Source of the DNA: a virus
Strand: one strand, 5' to 3'
DNA length: 64,000 nucleotides
Virus record (IMG/VR): IMGVR_UViG_3300008448_000033
Location: 1-64,000 of that record
Part shown: positions 15,688 through 24,764 of the stretch, piece by piece
How positions within the stretch are numbered: the first letter of the stretch is position 1
How the letters are laid out: each line of letters begins with the position of its first letter
Position numbers and translations under genes: made by a program
The notes under the pieces: generated by a model
What the model was told of the DNA's origin: nothing
The model's database searches: none
Seen by the model: the letters and a program-made list of their open reading frames with translations, nothing else

Positions 15688-15716
15688 AGATTACCAAACT
15701 ACCTGCTTGCCGTCAA
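15688..15716 (-). promoter_or_regulatory. sigma70-type promoter
   Basis: TTGACG-17nt-TAATCT. Confidence 0.6.
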
Positions 15717-16382
15717 CTACTTTTTCTTGCTACGCACCGAATCAGCAATGTTATCTGGAATGCTGGTCACGGTTTCAACATCGGTCAAGTACCGATCTTC
15801 AAAGATATTACCACTACCATTTGCAGGAGTCAACATATTTGCAATAAAATCCGGGTGGAATGCATAGTTATTTTCGTTGCCAATACTATCTCGCCACTTG
15901 ATCAGCATATAACCAGCAGATCCTAACATATCTCGCGTTGCGATGGAAGCAATAACTTTCTTATTGCGGACTGAAGAATGTGCCTCAAACTGCAATTCCC
16001 CACTATAAGTAAGATCATCTGTCTTGGTGATCACAAGAGTATCAAGAGAATCGGAACTAGTCAAGTCATAATAGCTTGACCGCATCCAGCTAGGAATCTC
16101 ATAAGAAAGCACGGTACCGACACCGAAACCATGCCGCTTATACATATCATTAATTGCCGCTCGACGCAACAGCTCATCACGCTTAAACTTGGCAAGCGCA
16201 TTCTTGCGAGCATCGCAGGATGCACGATTATGACCAGTATTGGCACAATAATTGCAACGCCGATTCTTAGCCATCTGTGCATACCGCTGCTTAACACTTT
16301 CGGGCGCACTAGGACAATTACGCCTAGTGTGACCATAGCTAAGACAATAACGACACAGCGGTTCCCTACGCCAACCCATCAC
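15717..16382 (-). CDS. double CCHC zinc-knuckle protein
   Basis: CRYCLSYGHTRRNC and CNYCANTGHNRASC. Confidence 0.7.
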   Translation of the reverse strand: MMGWRREPLCRYCLSYGHTRRNCPSAPESVKQRYAQMAKNRRCNYCANTGHNRASCDARKNALAKFKRDELLRRAAINDMYKRHGFGVGTVLSYEIPSWMRSSYYDLTSSDSLDTLVITKTDDLTYSGELQFEAHSSVRNKKVIASIATRDMLGSAGYMLIKWRDSIGNENNYAFHPDFIANMLTPANGSGNIFEDRYLTDVETVTSIPDNIADSVRSKKK

Positions 16383-16461
16383 GCACCTCCATGAACAGAC
16401 ATTAACAGATTAAAGAATACCGTGCAACCTTTTCTTTTTCGCTCCCCGAAACAGGAAGGAC

Positions 16462-16490
16462 AATATACACGCACCCTCCCCCCGTGTCAA
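16462..16490 (-). promoter_or_regulatory. sigma70-type promoter
   Basis: TTGACA-17nt-TATATT. Confidence 0.65.
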
Positions 16491-16504
16491 CTTGCGCTTT
16501 TTGC

Positions 16505-16533
16505 TTGACGGGCGGCGGCTGTTGTGGTATACT
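16505..16533 (+). promoter_or_regulatory. divergent sigma70-type promoter
   Basis: TTGACG-17nt-TATACT with TG extension. Confidence 0.6.
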
Positions 16534-16588
16534 ATAAGGTTATTGTCCGGTATATGGCGGCTGCGCCAGACCCTATTCCACCGATTAC

Positions 16589-16616
16589 ACTATATCATAT
16601 CTGGAGTTTCGGTCAA
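16589..16616 (-). promoter_or_regulatory. sigma70-type promoter
   Basis: TTGACC-16nt-TATAGT. Confidence 0.5.
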
Positions 16617-16845
16617 GCGGGAAATTGATAGTTCTATATCTGTAATTAGGATCGCTGTAGTCTGTGTCCTGTGCAGAACACAACGCCGCAAACTCTCAAA
16701 ACTCTTAATGAATTTGGCTACTACGAAAACAGGATATCGACCCGAAAGATTCCTGTTGACACAGAATTTTTTTCATGGTATACTGGAAGATTTCGTTTTT
16801 TTCAAGAGTGTCGGCTACGAAACTCTATGGATGGGAGATATAGTT

Positions 16846-17394
16846 TTAGGGTATTTTTATATTCGCTTTCAGCCAGTTTTTCCAAAAATCTAGAATATCT
16901 TTTGTTTCATAAATTTTTATAATGTTTTTTGCATTTATAAAATTCTTTTTAAACATTGTACAGTTCATATTAAATTTTTTAGGTTCATCTGAACCGCTTG
17001 TAAAAAACATAACACTTACTGTTTTATTCTTATCATTAAGATCTTCCAGCAATAAAGCATAATCAATGCTGGATACCATAACAAATAAATTCTTATCAGA
17101 AGTTTTATCCTTATATTCAATAGCTGAGAATTTTAATCCTTTGCTAACAAATTGATTTTTATTCAAAAGATTATTTATCTTGCTGCTGAATAGTTCCGTT
17201 ACTGAATCGTAGGTTATTTCTTTATCATTGCCTAATGACTTTTTAACATTCTTAAAGAATCTTTTTTCTTCTTCAAAACGACAACCTGTTATAAAATAAT
17301 GAGCTACTTCTCCCAAGTCATCATATGATTGGGGATCGCCATTATAATATATATCACCAGTTTTATACGCGCACACGCGAAGCTCTTTTCTCAA
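16846..17394 (-). CDS. hypothetical protein
   Basis: 182-aa AT-rich ORF. Confidence 0.55.
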   Translation of the reverse strand: MRKELRVCAYKTGDIYYNGDPQSYDDLGEVAHYFITGCRFEEEKRFFKNVKKSLGNDKEITYDSVTELFSSKINNLLNKNQFVSKGLKFSAIEYKDKTSDKNLFVMVSSIDYALLLEDLNDKNKTVSVMFFTSGSDEPKKFNMNCTMFKKNFINAKNIIKIYETKDILDFWKNWLKANIKIP

Positions 17395-17432
17395 ATTTTT
17401 CAGACACCCCCCACCCCCCTACTACCCCGGTA

Positions 17433-17723
17433 CTACTGCATCAATTTTCCTACTTTGTCTATATGATCTATACTTCCTACATCAGTTTCACCAGATTGCC
17501 ATAAGGGTGTATCACACAACCACATTATATTGTAGTCAAAACTATTGAGTACATTAAGTATAACGCATGGGAAGTCTATTCCTTTTGCTATACCAGACCC
17601 CGGTAGTAGTACAAACTCTCCACCTTTAAACTTTGGTTCACCTCTGAACCTCTTTATTCTCTTGAGTTTCTTGGCTTTCGGGCTTTTCATATCTTTCCTC
17701 CATCTCTTTAGAGAAACTTTCAA
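17433..17723 (-). CDS. SH3/KOW-like family protein
   Basis: PKFKGGEFV...CVILNV...YNIMW. Confidence 0.5.
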   Translation of the reverse strand: MKVSLKRWRKDMKSPKAKKLKRIKRFRGEPKFKGGEFVLLPGSGIAKGIDFPCVILNVLNSFDYNIMWLCDTPLWQSGETDVGSIDHIDKVGKLMQ

Positions 17724-18192
17724 AGTCTAGTTTGTGATGTTTTACCATCTGCTCCAAGACTTCCATCTTTTTCTTTATATAGAAAAGCTCTCTTAAAGTG
17801 TTTATATCTATGTCATCTATTTCAGATAAGAGTATAGAATAGAACTGCTCCTCTGTCAACTTTTTTTTCTTCTTTGATTCTTTTGTATCCATATACCTTG
17901 GCTCATTATTATTTTGGTAATGATCAAAGTGATTCCATAAATCTTTCTTAAATCTCTCAACGCCTTTTCTTGATAGAGTATTGTACCAAGTTTTTCTTTT
18001 AAGCTTTCTGTAATAATACTTTCTGGTAGACACACTATATTGTGCTAGCTCATCATCAGCAATCTCTATTGCTTCGTCACCAGCGATACCCTCTCTATAA
18101 ATACCAATATGAGGAAGCTTGGCATAACCAAGCTTTGCCATACCAAATAAGTCTTTACTTGAGTACAGCATTGTTTTTCTCACAATTATCAC
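17638..18192 (-). CDS. hypothetical protein
   Basis: 184-aa ORF. Confidence 0.55.
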   Translation of the reverse strand: MIIVRKTMLYSSKDLFGMAKLGYAKLPHIGIYREGIAGDEAIEIADDELAQYSVSTRKYYYRKLKRKTWYNTLSRKGVERFKKDLWNHFDHYQNNNEPRYMDTKESKKKKKLTEEQFYSILLSEIDDIDINTLRELFYIKKKMEVLEQMVKHHKLDFESFSKEMEERYEKPESQETQENKEVQR

Positions 18193-18619
18193 ACATGCAC
18201 TTTAACCAATAACCATTTTTTCTTCTAACTGAAGAATTGGGCGAACCACAAGTTTCACAAGTTACTTTAGATATAGATTCATACTTTGCAATAATCTTAT
18301 CAAGCTCCTCATACTTTTCTGGTTCTTCCATAAAAAAAGTATTTGATTCAAGATAAAATCTAAGTCCACCAAACTTTTCTTTCATTTGCGCCACATAAGG
18401 TAGATCTGGTAGACTAGACCACTTATCATATTTCTCATAAATTTCTGAGCTTAGGTTGGCTACAAGTTCGTACCAACCCTCATCAAACTCAGGCCAAATA
18501 TTTTTCTTATAAAGCTTAGGATATTTAGATCTAAGATCATCCACGAATTTAACTTGTTTGTCCATAGTAAACCTCCAAAACAAAAAGGCACCCCCGAAGG
18601 GATGCCTAGATGTTAACAT
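18155..18619 (-). CDS. conserved phage protein (QxKEKFGGLRFY, C-terminal zinc ribbon)
   Basis: QMKEKFGGLRFY, CETCG...CDNC; start probably MDKQV. Confidence 0.65.
   Translation of the reverse strand: MLTSRHPFGGAFLFWRFTMDKQVKFVDDLRSKYPKLYKKNIWPEFDEGWYELVANLSSEIYEKYDKWSSLPDLPYVAQMKEKFGGLRFYLESNTFFMEEPEKYEELDKIIAKYESISKVTCETCGSPNSSVRRKNGYWLKCMCDNCEKNNAVLK
18582..18607 (-). terminator. rho-independent terminator
   Basis: GC hairpin followed by U-run on minus strand. Confidence 0.65.
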
Positions 18620-18640
18620 ATCAACTTATGTTTGTAAAGC

Positions 18641-18934
18641 CTAGCGGGCGCGAACCTCTAGCTCTCTCTCAAGAAATGAGAGTAGTGAGCGAGCTTCAGA
18701 TAGTGTTAGCTCCATAGCGTTCCTTGAACCGCCACGACCACGGTAAACAGTTACATTGCTTGTACCACCATGACGGGTATCTTCGCGGCGGATGCTAAAT
18801 CCAACACGTTGTAGCTTGCGATTTGATTCGTAGCTTCCATCATGGTCTGCTGGGCGAAAAATAGTACGGTTTGGATCACGACCAGTAGCCTTACGAGTTG
18901 TCTTAGTGTTACGCTTTGAGTTACGAGTTGACAT
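18641..18934 (-). CDS. basic, Arg-rich putative nucleic-acid-binding protein
   Basis: AAGGAG SD, own terminator. Confidence 0.55.
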   Translation of the reverse strand: MSTRNSKRNTKTTRKATGRDPNRTIFRPADHDGSYESNRKLQRVGFSIRREDTRHGGTSNVTVYRGRGGSRNAMELTLSEARSLLSFLERELEVRAR

Positions 18935-19008
18935 TTGATCTCCTTGCCTTTCGGCTTGTTAGTGGCTCATCGCCAGTTTTATACATCTTACCACACTTGA
19001 ATAACTTG

Positions 19009-19206
19009 TTAAGTACTTTCTTTTACCACTTTATACTCACCAGACTGCATATAATTTTGTATTTTATCAAGCAAATAAATATAATCTTCTAAGCTATCTC
19101 TATTATTATCGTCTTTAATAAAGGTATAGCTAATGATACATTTATCGCTAGTTGTTTCAACCGTTATAGTAGCGATATTGTCTCTTGTTAAGATTATTTT
19201 ACTCAT
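19009..19206 (-). CDS. hypothetical protein
   Basis: Translationally coupled to purA. Confidence 0.45.
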   Translation of the reverse strand: MSKIILTRDNIATITVETTSDKCIISYTFIKDDNNRDSLEDYIYLLDKIQNYMQSGEYKVVKEST

Positions 19207-20204
19207 TAGATTCTTTCTGGGGAATCAGACCAATAAACTTTTACATAATATGGGATTCTTGAAGTAACCCATCCTTGCATTTCTTTTTCATTTGGGAATT
19301 CTACAAGGAAATCTTTTTCGTCGTAGACTCTCCAAACTCCAACATCTCTCAAAATATCAGTCTTGTTAAATACAACTTTATTTACACCATTAATATTAAT
19401 GGCTTTGATAAGATCATTCATTTTGATCCAATTACATTGACGGGGACGACCAGTAGTGGCACCATATTCCATGCCTTTTTCACGAATCTCTTTAAATACT
19501 TCTTCATCTGGTTCAAACTTCTTTAGTCCAACATATGTTTCATAAGCCTTTGCAACGCCCCAAATATTTCTGATCTTCTGTGGTGGAACACCATTGCCGA
19601 TTGCAGCAGCAACAGTGCATCCACTACTAGTAACATAAGGATAGTCTCCCCAGTCAATATCAAGTCCAAAGCCCTGCGCCCCTTCAAAAAGAATTCTACA
19701 ATTTTCTCTAGAAGAGTGCAATTCCTCATACATATCAATTAGATATGGCTCTAAGGCTTTTACTTGTTCCGCTCGTAAGCCCTTACGCCAGTGCTTGTCA
19801 CGATAGGCTTGACCGACTCCACGTTTTGTTGTCCCGATAGTGTTATCTTGTCGATCCTCCATAATGTGTTCATCGGTGATGATATGAGCATTTCGTGCAA
19901 TAAATACCAAGCCCTGACACCTGATACCACCATTTTCTAACTCCTCCATTTCCTGAAAGAAATGGTCCACGTTTAAAACACAACCGGGACCGATAATACT
20001 TTTAATCCCGTAGAACACGCCACTAGGGATAGAGTGGGTAATAAACTTCTTCCCCTCATGGTAAATAGTATGACCGGCATTATTGCCGCCGTTGTATCTA
20101 ACTACATGAGTATAGTTTTCTTTCTTGCATAATTGATGTGTAACTTTGCCCTTACCAGAATCACCATAAGCTAAATCTACGACTACATCAGCATACTCAA
20201 TCAT
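19206..20204 (-). CDS. purA: adenylosuccinate synthetase (short form)
   Basis: GDSGKGK, RYNGGNNAGHT, FEGAQG..LDIDWGDYPYVTSS, EYGATTGRPR. Confidence 0.93.
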   Translation of the reverse strand: MIEYADVVVDLAYGDSGKGKVTHQLCKKENYTHVVRYNGGNNAGHTIYHEGKKFITHSIPSGVFYGIKSIIGPGCVLNVDHFFQEMEELENGGIRCQGLVFIARNAHIITDEHIMEDRQDNTIGTTKRGVGQAYRDKHWRKGLRAEQVKALEPYLIDMYEELHSSRENCRILFEGAQGFGLDIDWGDYPYVTSSGCTVAAAIGNGVPPQKIRNIWGVAKAYETYVGLKKFEPDEEVFKEIREKGMEYGATTGRPRQCNWIKMNDLIKAININGVNKVVFNKTDILRDVGVWRVYDEKDFLVEFPNEKEMQGWVTSRIPYYVKVYWSDSPERI

Positions 20205-20212
20205 ATTATCCT

Positions 20213-20488
20213 CTATTCATCATCCTCTGGGATGTCATCATCGTTATATTCTTCTAGTTGATCTTCGATTGGATAATCTTCATCGTCCTCTTCATAATAG
20301 TTTTCATTTAAAAGCTTTTTTGAATCACTCCAATACATAAGCTCTTCTTCAGCTTCAGCAATAATGCTTTCAATCTCCTCTTGATGGTCTTCATCAATAA
20401 GATCTAGCATTTCTTCATACTTCTCTCTTGCTTCTTCAACTGAAATCTTATTTCTTTGTAGAGAACGGCAAATCGTACACATTAACAA
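20213..20488 (-). CDS. acidic hypothetical protein (CxxC)
   Basis: ORF with D/E-rich tail. Confidence 0.5.
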   Translation of the reverse strand: MLMCTICRSLQRNKISVEEAREKYEEMLDLIDEDHQEEIESIIAEAEEELMYWSDSKKLLNENYYEEDDEDYPIEDQLEEYNDDDIPEDDE

Positions 20489-20538
20489 ACCTCCATTGAG
20501 TAAGTGTATACCAGATAGTTTTTAAGTTGTAAAGTGTT

Positions 20539-20997
20539 TTATCTTCTAAAATAGACTTTTATTTTAGATTCTTTGAGAGATTCCTTTTGCTTCAGTTCTG
20601 ATTTAGGAAGATGCTCTAGTCTATGTAGAAATGCATAGTACCATTTTTCAGGTAGCGTTACAACTCCATCTTCTTTTCGCTCAACATTATCTAGAGTTCT
20701 TGAAGTTAATCTATCATAATCAAATAAAAAATTTTTTCCATCTAAATCAACATAAAATTTATATAATTTTTTATTAACTTCATCTTTATACTTTGCTAAA
20801 TCTTTAATCTCTTCATATCTTTCAAAAGCAAAATCTATTACACCATATTCTTTTACTAGATCATAGACCATAGAACCCGGAATAACATCATCATCTTGAT
20901 TCTTTGTGTCCTTTATGGACCTTAAAGATTCTAGGAACTCTGGCGGGAAGCTTCTATCGTCCGTATCAAAATGTGGTAATTCGTTTAAAGGCTTCAT
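20539..20997 (-). CDS. hypothetical protein
   Basis: 152-aa ORF in operon. Confidence 0.55.
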   Translation of the reverse strand: MKPLNELPHFDTDDRSFPPEFLESLRSIKDTKNQDDDVIPGSMVYDLVKEYGVIDFAFERYEEIKDLAKYKDEVNKKLYKFYVDLDGKNFLFDYDRLTSRTLDNVERKEDGVVTLPEKWYYAFLHRLEHLPKSELKQKESLKESKIKVYFRR

Positions 20998-20998
20998 T

Positions 20999-21361
20999 TT
21001 ATTCCAAAGTTAATAGATATTTTAGCTTGTTGAGTGTTTGTAACATTTCATCTCTAATGTTCAAAAGGTCAGTATCTTTATCGCCAGATAATTGAGCACC
21101 CAAACCAATTAGATAATCAATTGAAGAATTAATAAACTCTTTAACGCTTGTATCGCTTAGATTTGTTAATTCAATTGATTCTTTAACCAATTCAAATCTG
21201 CCATATTTGCCCATATGGACCTCTACAAATGAATCAATTAGATCTGATAAATCATCATAGGCTTCACCATAAGCCTTATGTCTAGCATATGATTTTGTTT
21301 GCCAATGAAAGATTCTTAATTGTTGTTGAATTCTTAGTAGATCATTAATATAAGTTTCCAT
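20999..21361 (-). CDS. ferritin/Dps-like phage protein
   Basis: FHWQTKSYARHKAYGEAYDDLSDLIDSFVE...LNIRDEM...KYLLTL. Confidence 0.75.
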   Translation of the reverse strand: METYINDLLRIQQQLRIFHWQTKSYARHKAYGEAYDDLSDLIDSFVEVHMGKYGRFELVKESIELTNLSDTSVKEFINSSIDYLIGLGAQLSGDKDTDLLNIRDEMLQTLNKLKYLLTLE

Positions 21362-21370
21362 GTAAAACTC

Positions 21371-22822
21371 CTAAATGTCTATAACTGTAAATACTGGATT
21401 TGCATCACGGCTTGTGGTTTTAAAAATTGCAAAATTTCCAATATGTAAATCACCTGTCCTATCGCCAGCCTCTTCAAAATCTAACAACATTTTTATAATT
21501 TCATTTGCTTCATTCCGCGTTATTACTTTTGGTATTCCGATTGATTTTAATGATTCCATAGTTCTAGTTAAGGTAGCTTTTCTGTCGCCTCTATAAGTAT
21601 GATAATTCGCTTGAAAGGCGTTAAGAATCTCATAAAATTCGTTGGATGCTTTATTTGAATCTCTACTGGTATCTTCTATGTGGGTAGTAAACGGAACCAC
21701 TTCAGGAGTAACTACCCAATATAATTTATCATTCCAGCTACTAATTTCGTTAGCGGCTATCAAACTAGATAAATCTACCTCACCATAATCCATAGCCGGG
21801 AAAGTATTTTCAGATGCTTTTCCGCTATGAAGCCGATCTATTAATTTTTTATACCAATCAAAATCGTTATTGTACGTACCAGTAAAAAATTTAATATAAT
21901 AATCGTTGCTTAATTTGTATAGCTCGCCTTGAGTTCCATAAGTTATTTCTTTGGTGATGGTTGTATTCTTTAGGATAGGAATTTCTGAAATTATTTTTTT
22001 AATTGAATCTTCTCTCGTAGCTGATCGGAATCTAATCCCAGCATTCTCAAAGGCATCTTTTATCACACTACTTCTGCCCATACCGGCAACAATATCAAAA
22101 CCTTTTAATTTTGCTTTAGAAAGCAAATCAGCATTTTTTTCTAAAGCTTTTGGATCAGAAATATCATCACCAACTTCTTTTGTATATTGTATTGGTTTTT
22201 TTGGTATAGCAAAATAATTTGCTTCATCTAAAACTTTTTCTACATGATGTGTTACGACTTTTGTTTGATCCTGTGTTAGAGCAGATTCAAATTCTTGTAG
22301 ATGTTCTGCTTTATCATCCCAAATTTCTATCAATGAAATCTTAGGATATTCCTGTAATACTTTTTTAATTTGTTTAATTTTAAAGTCTACAGTATCATTA
22401 CCAGAATCATTTAATTTGACAAGATTAAATTCTAATCCCTGTTGTTCAAGAAGATCTGCCACTCTATCACCAAAGTTTTTTTCTAGTCTACCAGATAGCA
22501 TCATTGAAAATGTTTTTTTATTATCAATCGCTTCTCTTGCAGCTGTTATTGTATCTTTGAACCAGTAACTTAAATCTGGGTTTTCTTCAACATTTGGTTC
22601 GGCTAATGATTCTTTGCTAGCCCACCAATTTCCTTTGTACCCTTTGGGTTTTTCTGGGCTTCTAAAAAGAGTACCATCAAAATCAAAAACAGTCAAACGT
22701 ATAACCATGTTTTCGTTGGGATTTTGTGCTTCTCCTAAAACATATCTACTCCAAAACTTTTTATAGTTTGGTTGTTCTTTTTGATCTGTTTTTGACTTTA
22801 AAAATTTTCTAAATGAATTCAT
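21371..22822 (-). CDS. HAD phosphatase (RNA-repair-type) fused to kinase-like domain
   Basis: VFDFDGTLF...LSGR...K...IWDD; C-terminal GTQG..Y, IKF, GDLHIGNF, VID. Confidence 0.65.
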   Translation of the reverse strand: MNSFRKFLKSKTDQKEQPNYKKFWSRYVLGEAQNPNENMVIRLTVFDFDGTLFRSPEKPKGYKGNWWASKESLAEPNVEENPDLSYWFKDTITAAREAIDNKKTFSMMLSGRLEKNFGDRVADLLEQQGLEFNLVKLNDSGNDTVDFKIKQIKKVLQEYPKISLIEIWDDKAEHLQEFESALTQDQTKVVTHHVEKVLDEANYFAIPKKPIQYTKEVGDDISDPKALEKNADLLSKAKLKGFDIVAGMGRSSVIKDAFENAGIRFRSATREDSIKKIISEIPILKNTTITKEITYGTQGELYKLSNDYYIKFFTGTYNNDFDWYKKLIDRLHSGKASENTFPAMDYGEVDLSSLIAANEISSWNDKLYWVVTPEVVPFTTHIEDTSRDSNKASNEFYEILNAFQANYHTYRGDRKATLTRTMESLKSIGIPKVITRNEANEIIKMLLDFEEAGDRTGDLHIGNFAIFKTTSRDANPVFTVIDI

Positions 22823-22823
22823 T

Positions 22824-23225
22824 TTATTTCTTTTTAAGCGTTTGATATTCCATATAGTCTGTAACTGATTTAATCATTGAATTAGCAATTGCAATCTTTT
22901 CTTGTACCCAAGGTTCTAGGTTAGTATCATCTTCAAGAATATTGTGCAACATTGTAGCATTTTTAGCTAAATGATATAAATTGCTTTTTGACATTTCACC
23001 TTCATAATCAAGCTCTACGTCTTGAAGACCACCAGATTCCATTTCTTCTGGTTGCATTTCTGAGTCAAAGTCTGCGTCAATAACTTCCATTTCACCATGA
23101 CTTGGATGCCCACAACCACCTTCACACATATCGCCTTCGTGAACGGTGTAAGGATTATCACCCATTGTATGATGCATTTCTTGCAGGATCATTTTTTTTA
23201 AAAGTTTATCGTTTAGGTTTTTCAT
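22824..23225 (-). CDS. putative virion/internal head protein
   Basis: N-terminal LLKKMILQE motif; LEPWVQEKI. Confidence 0.5.
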   Translation of the reverse strand: MKNLNDKLLKKMILQEMHHTMGDNPYTVHEGDMCEGGCGHPSHGEMEVIDADFDSEMQPEEMESGGLQDVELDYEGEMSKSNLYHLAKNATMLHNILEDDTNLEPWVQEKIAIANSMIKSVTDYMEYQTLKKK

Positions 23226-23235
23226 ATTTAGCTCC

Positions 23236-23466
23236 CTACTTTAGCATTTGTTTTATGGTTTTTAAAGTATCTTGAACAGTTTTTAAATCTGTGCTTTTTA
23301 AAGCAGTATCGACTAAAGTATTTATTGTTTTTATTTTTTCAGGCGTTAATTGAGTAACGACAGTAGTTGTCATAGTTGGAGAAAGACTAGTAGGAGGAGC
23401 TAATTCCTCTTTAAGTTTAATCTGTTCTAAGATTAATTTTTCTAATTGTTTATTATTAATTTTCAT
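23236..23466 (-). CDS. putative virion/internal head protein
   Basis: MKINNKQLEKLILEQI motif. Confidence 0.5.
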   Translation of the reverse strand: MKINNKQLEKLILEQIKLKEELAPPTSLSPTMTTTVVTQLTPEKIKTINTLVDTALKSTDLKTVQDTLKTIKQMLK

Positions 23467-24760
23467 TTGTTTCCTCTAAAGCACTTGGTCCAAATGGCCC
23501 GAATCTTTCACCCCTTGCTACTGCACCTTGACCTTTATGTTTCTTAGCATTCTTTTTAAAACCACTCGCTCTTCCAAATGATTTATTTAAAAAAGCATCT
23601 TGTTTTTTAGCTGCTGCAACGCTAAGAACCTCTTCTATCTCTTTCATCTTTTCTTCTGTTTCTTTTATTTCTTTTTCGTACTTCTTATTTAGTATAGTTG
23701 TAATATCTTTTGACTTATTTTGTTGCTCTTTTGCCCATTCTTTATCTATGCTATTGTTAGGTCTACGTTTAGCTCGCCTTGCTCTTTTTTTTGCACGTTC
23801 TTGCCAATATTTTGATAATTTTATTTTAGATTCTTGTAAATAGTCTTCTTCTTCAGAAAAATCTGATCCTTGTTCAAGCGCAACATATAAACCTTTTTCT
23901 TGAAGATCGCTTCCAAGTTCTTTTAATTTTGCAGATATCTTAGGATCTTTTTTTAGCGAATGATAAATTCTTGTACCATGATCTAGATACTTATATTTTA
24001 TCATATTTATGAGATCGGTAATTTTTTCTGCTTTTTCTTCATTTCCTTCTTCTTCAGCATCCGCTTTGCTTTGAAAAAATGTTTGAAAATCAGATGCACC
24101 ATTTATTATCGAATCGAGAACTTTAATAAAACTTATTTTATTCCCACGGCTATGAGCTAATCTTTTTACTATTTTCATGGCTTGGCCTACATAAGCCTCA
24201 GTTTCATCTCTGTCCATTAAGTAATTAAAATCTTCTTTTTGTTTGTCGGTTAAAAAACGATAAGGAGATTTATCTTCTATATTTGCAAGACCTCTTGTAA
24301 AGTCCTGAGTTAAATGAAATGATTCATGATAAAATAAATCAGCTACCGCACCATGAAAATATTTATAATATTTTTCTAAATCATTAAAGCTTTGTACCTG
24401 TGAATCAATTTCAATTTCTAAATTAATATCGCCTTTATTAAAGGTATAAGAAACACCACCGTATTCTCTTGAACTATTATTACTGGGGAAATATCTAGCG
24501 CCTATTAATCTTATTAGGACTCCTTCATTGTCGGACAATCCATCAATTTTTTCAATAGTGACGGAAACTTCATTTATCTTTTGTATAAATTCATTATCAA
24601 TTTTATTAGCAAATCTATCGCTACGAAATACTAAACTATCTCTTAAGATTTGTTCTGGATTTCTTTTAAAGAAATTTAATAAAAATTCAGCAAATTGATT
24701 GGAGATTTTATTTCTCCAAGCGTTTTTACTTCTTGCTTCATTTATTAATATTTTAATCAT
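23456..24760 (-). CDS. putative zincin metalloprotease-domain protein
   Basis: HESFHLTQ with downstream ETEAY. Confidence 0.5.
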   Translation of the reverse strand: MIKILINEARSKNAWRNKISNQFAEFLLNFFKRNPEQILRDSLVFRSDRFANKIDNEFIQKINEVSVTIEKIDGLSDNEGVLIRLIGARYFPSNNSSREYGGVSYTFNKGDINLEIEIDSQVQSFNDLEKYYKYFHGAVADLFYHESFHLTQDFTRGLANIEDKSPYRFLTDKQKEDFNYLMDRDETEAYVGQAMKIVKRLAHSRGNKISFIKVLDSIINGASDFQTFFQSKADAEEEGNEEKAEKITDLINMIKYKYLDHGTRIYHSLKKDPKISAKLKELGSDLQEKGLYVALEQGSDFSEEEDYLQESKIKLSKYWQERAKKRARRAKRRPNNSIDKEWAKEQQNKSKDITTILNKKYEKEIKETEEKMKEIEEVLSVAAAKKQDAFLNKSFGRASGFKKNAKKHKGQGAVARGERFGPFGPSALEETNEN

Positions 24761-24764
24761 AGTT

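Noticed and set aside
12606-15847. Long plus-strand ORFs (12606..13214, 13424..14401, 14546..15847; also 5127..5810)
   Set aside because: They are in-register antisense shadows of real genes caused by TTA/CTA/TCA avoidance, with no recognisable motifs.
19206-20204. PurZ (2-aminoadenine Z-genome pathway)
   Set aside because: The catalytic Asp is retained (GDSGKGK), as in PurA, whereas PurZ has Ser at this position. No dATPase/MazZ partner is recognisable nearby.
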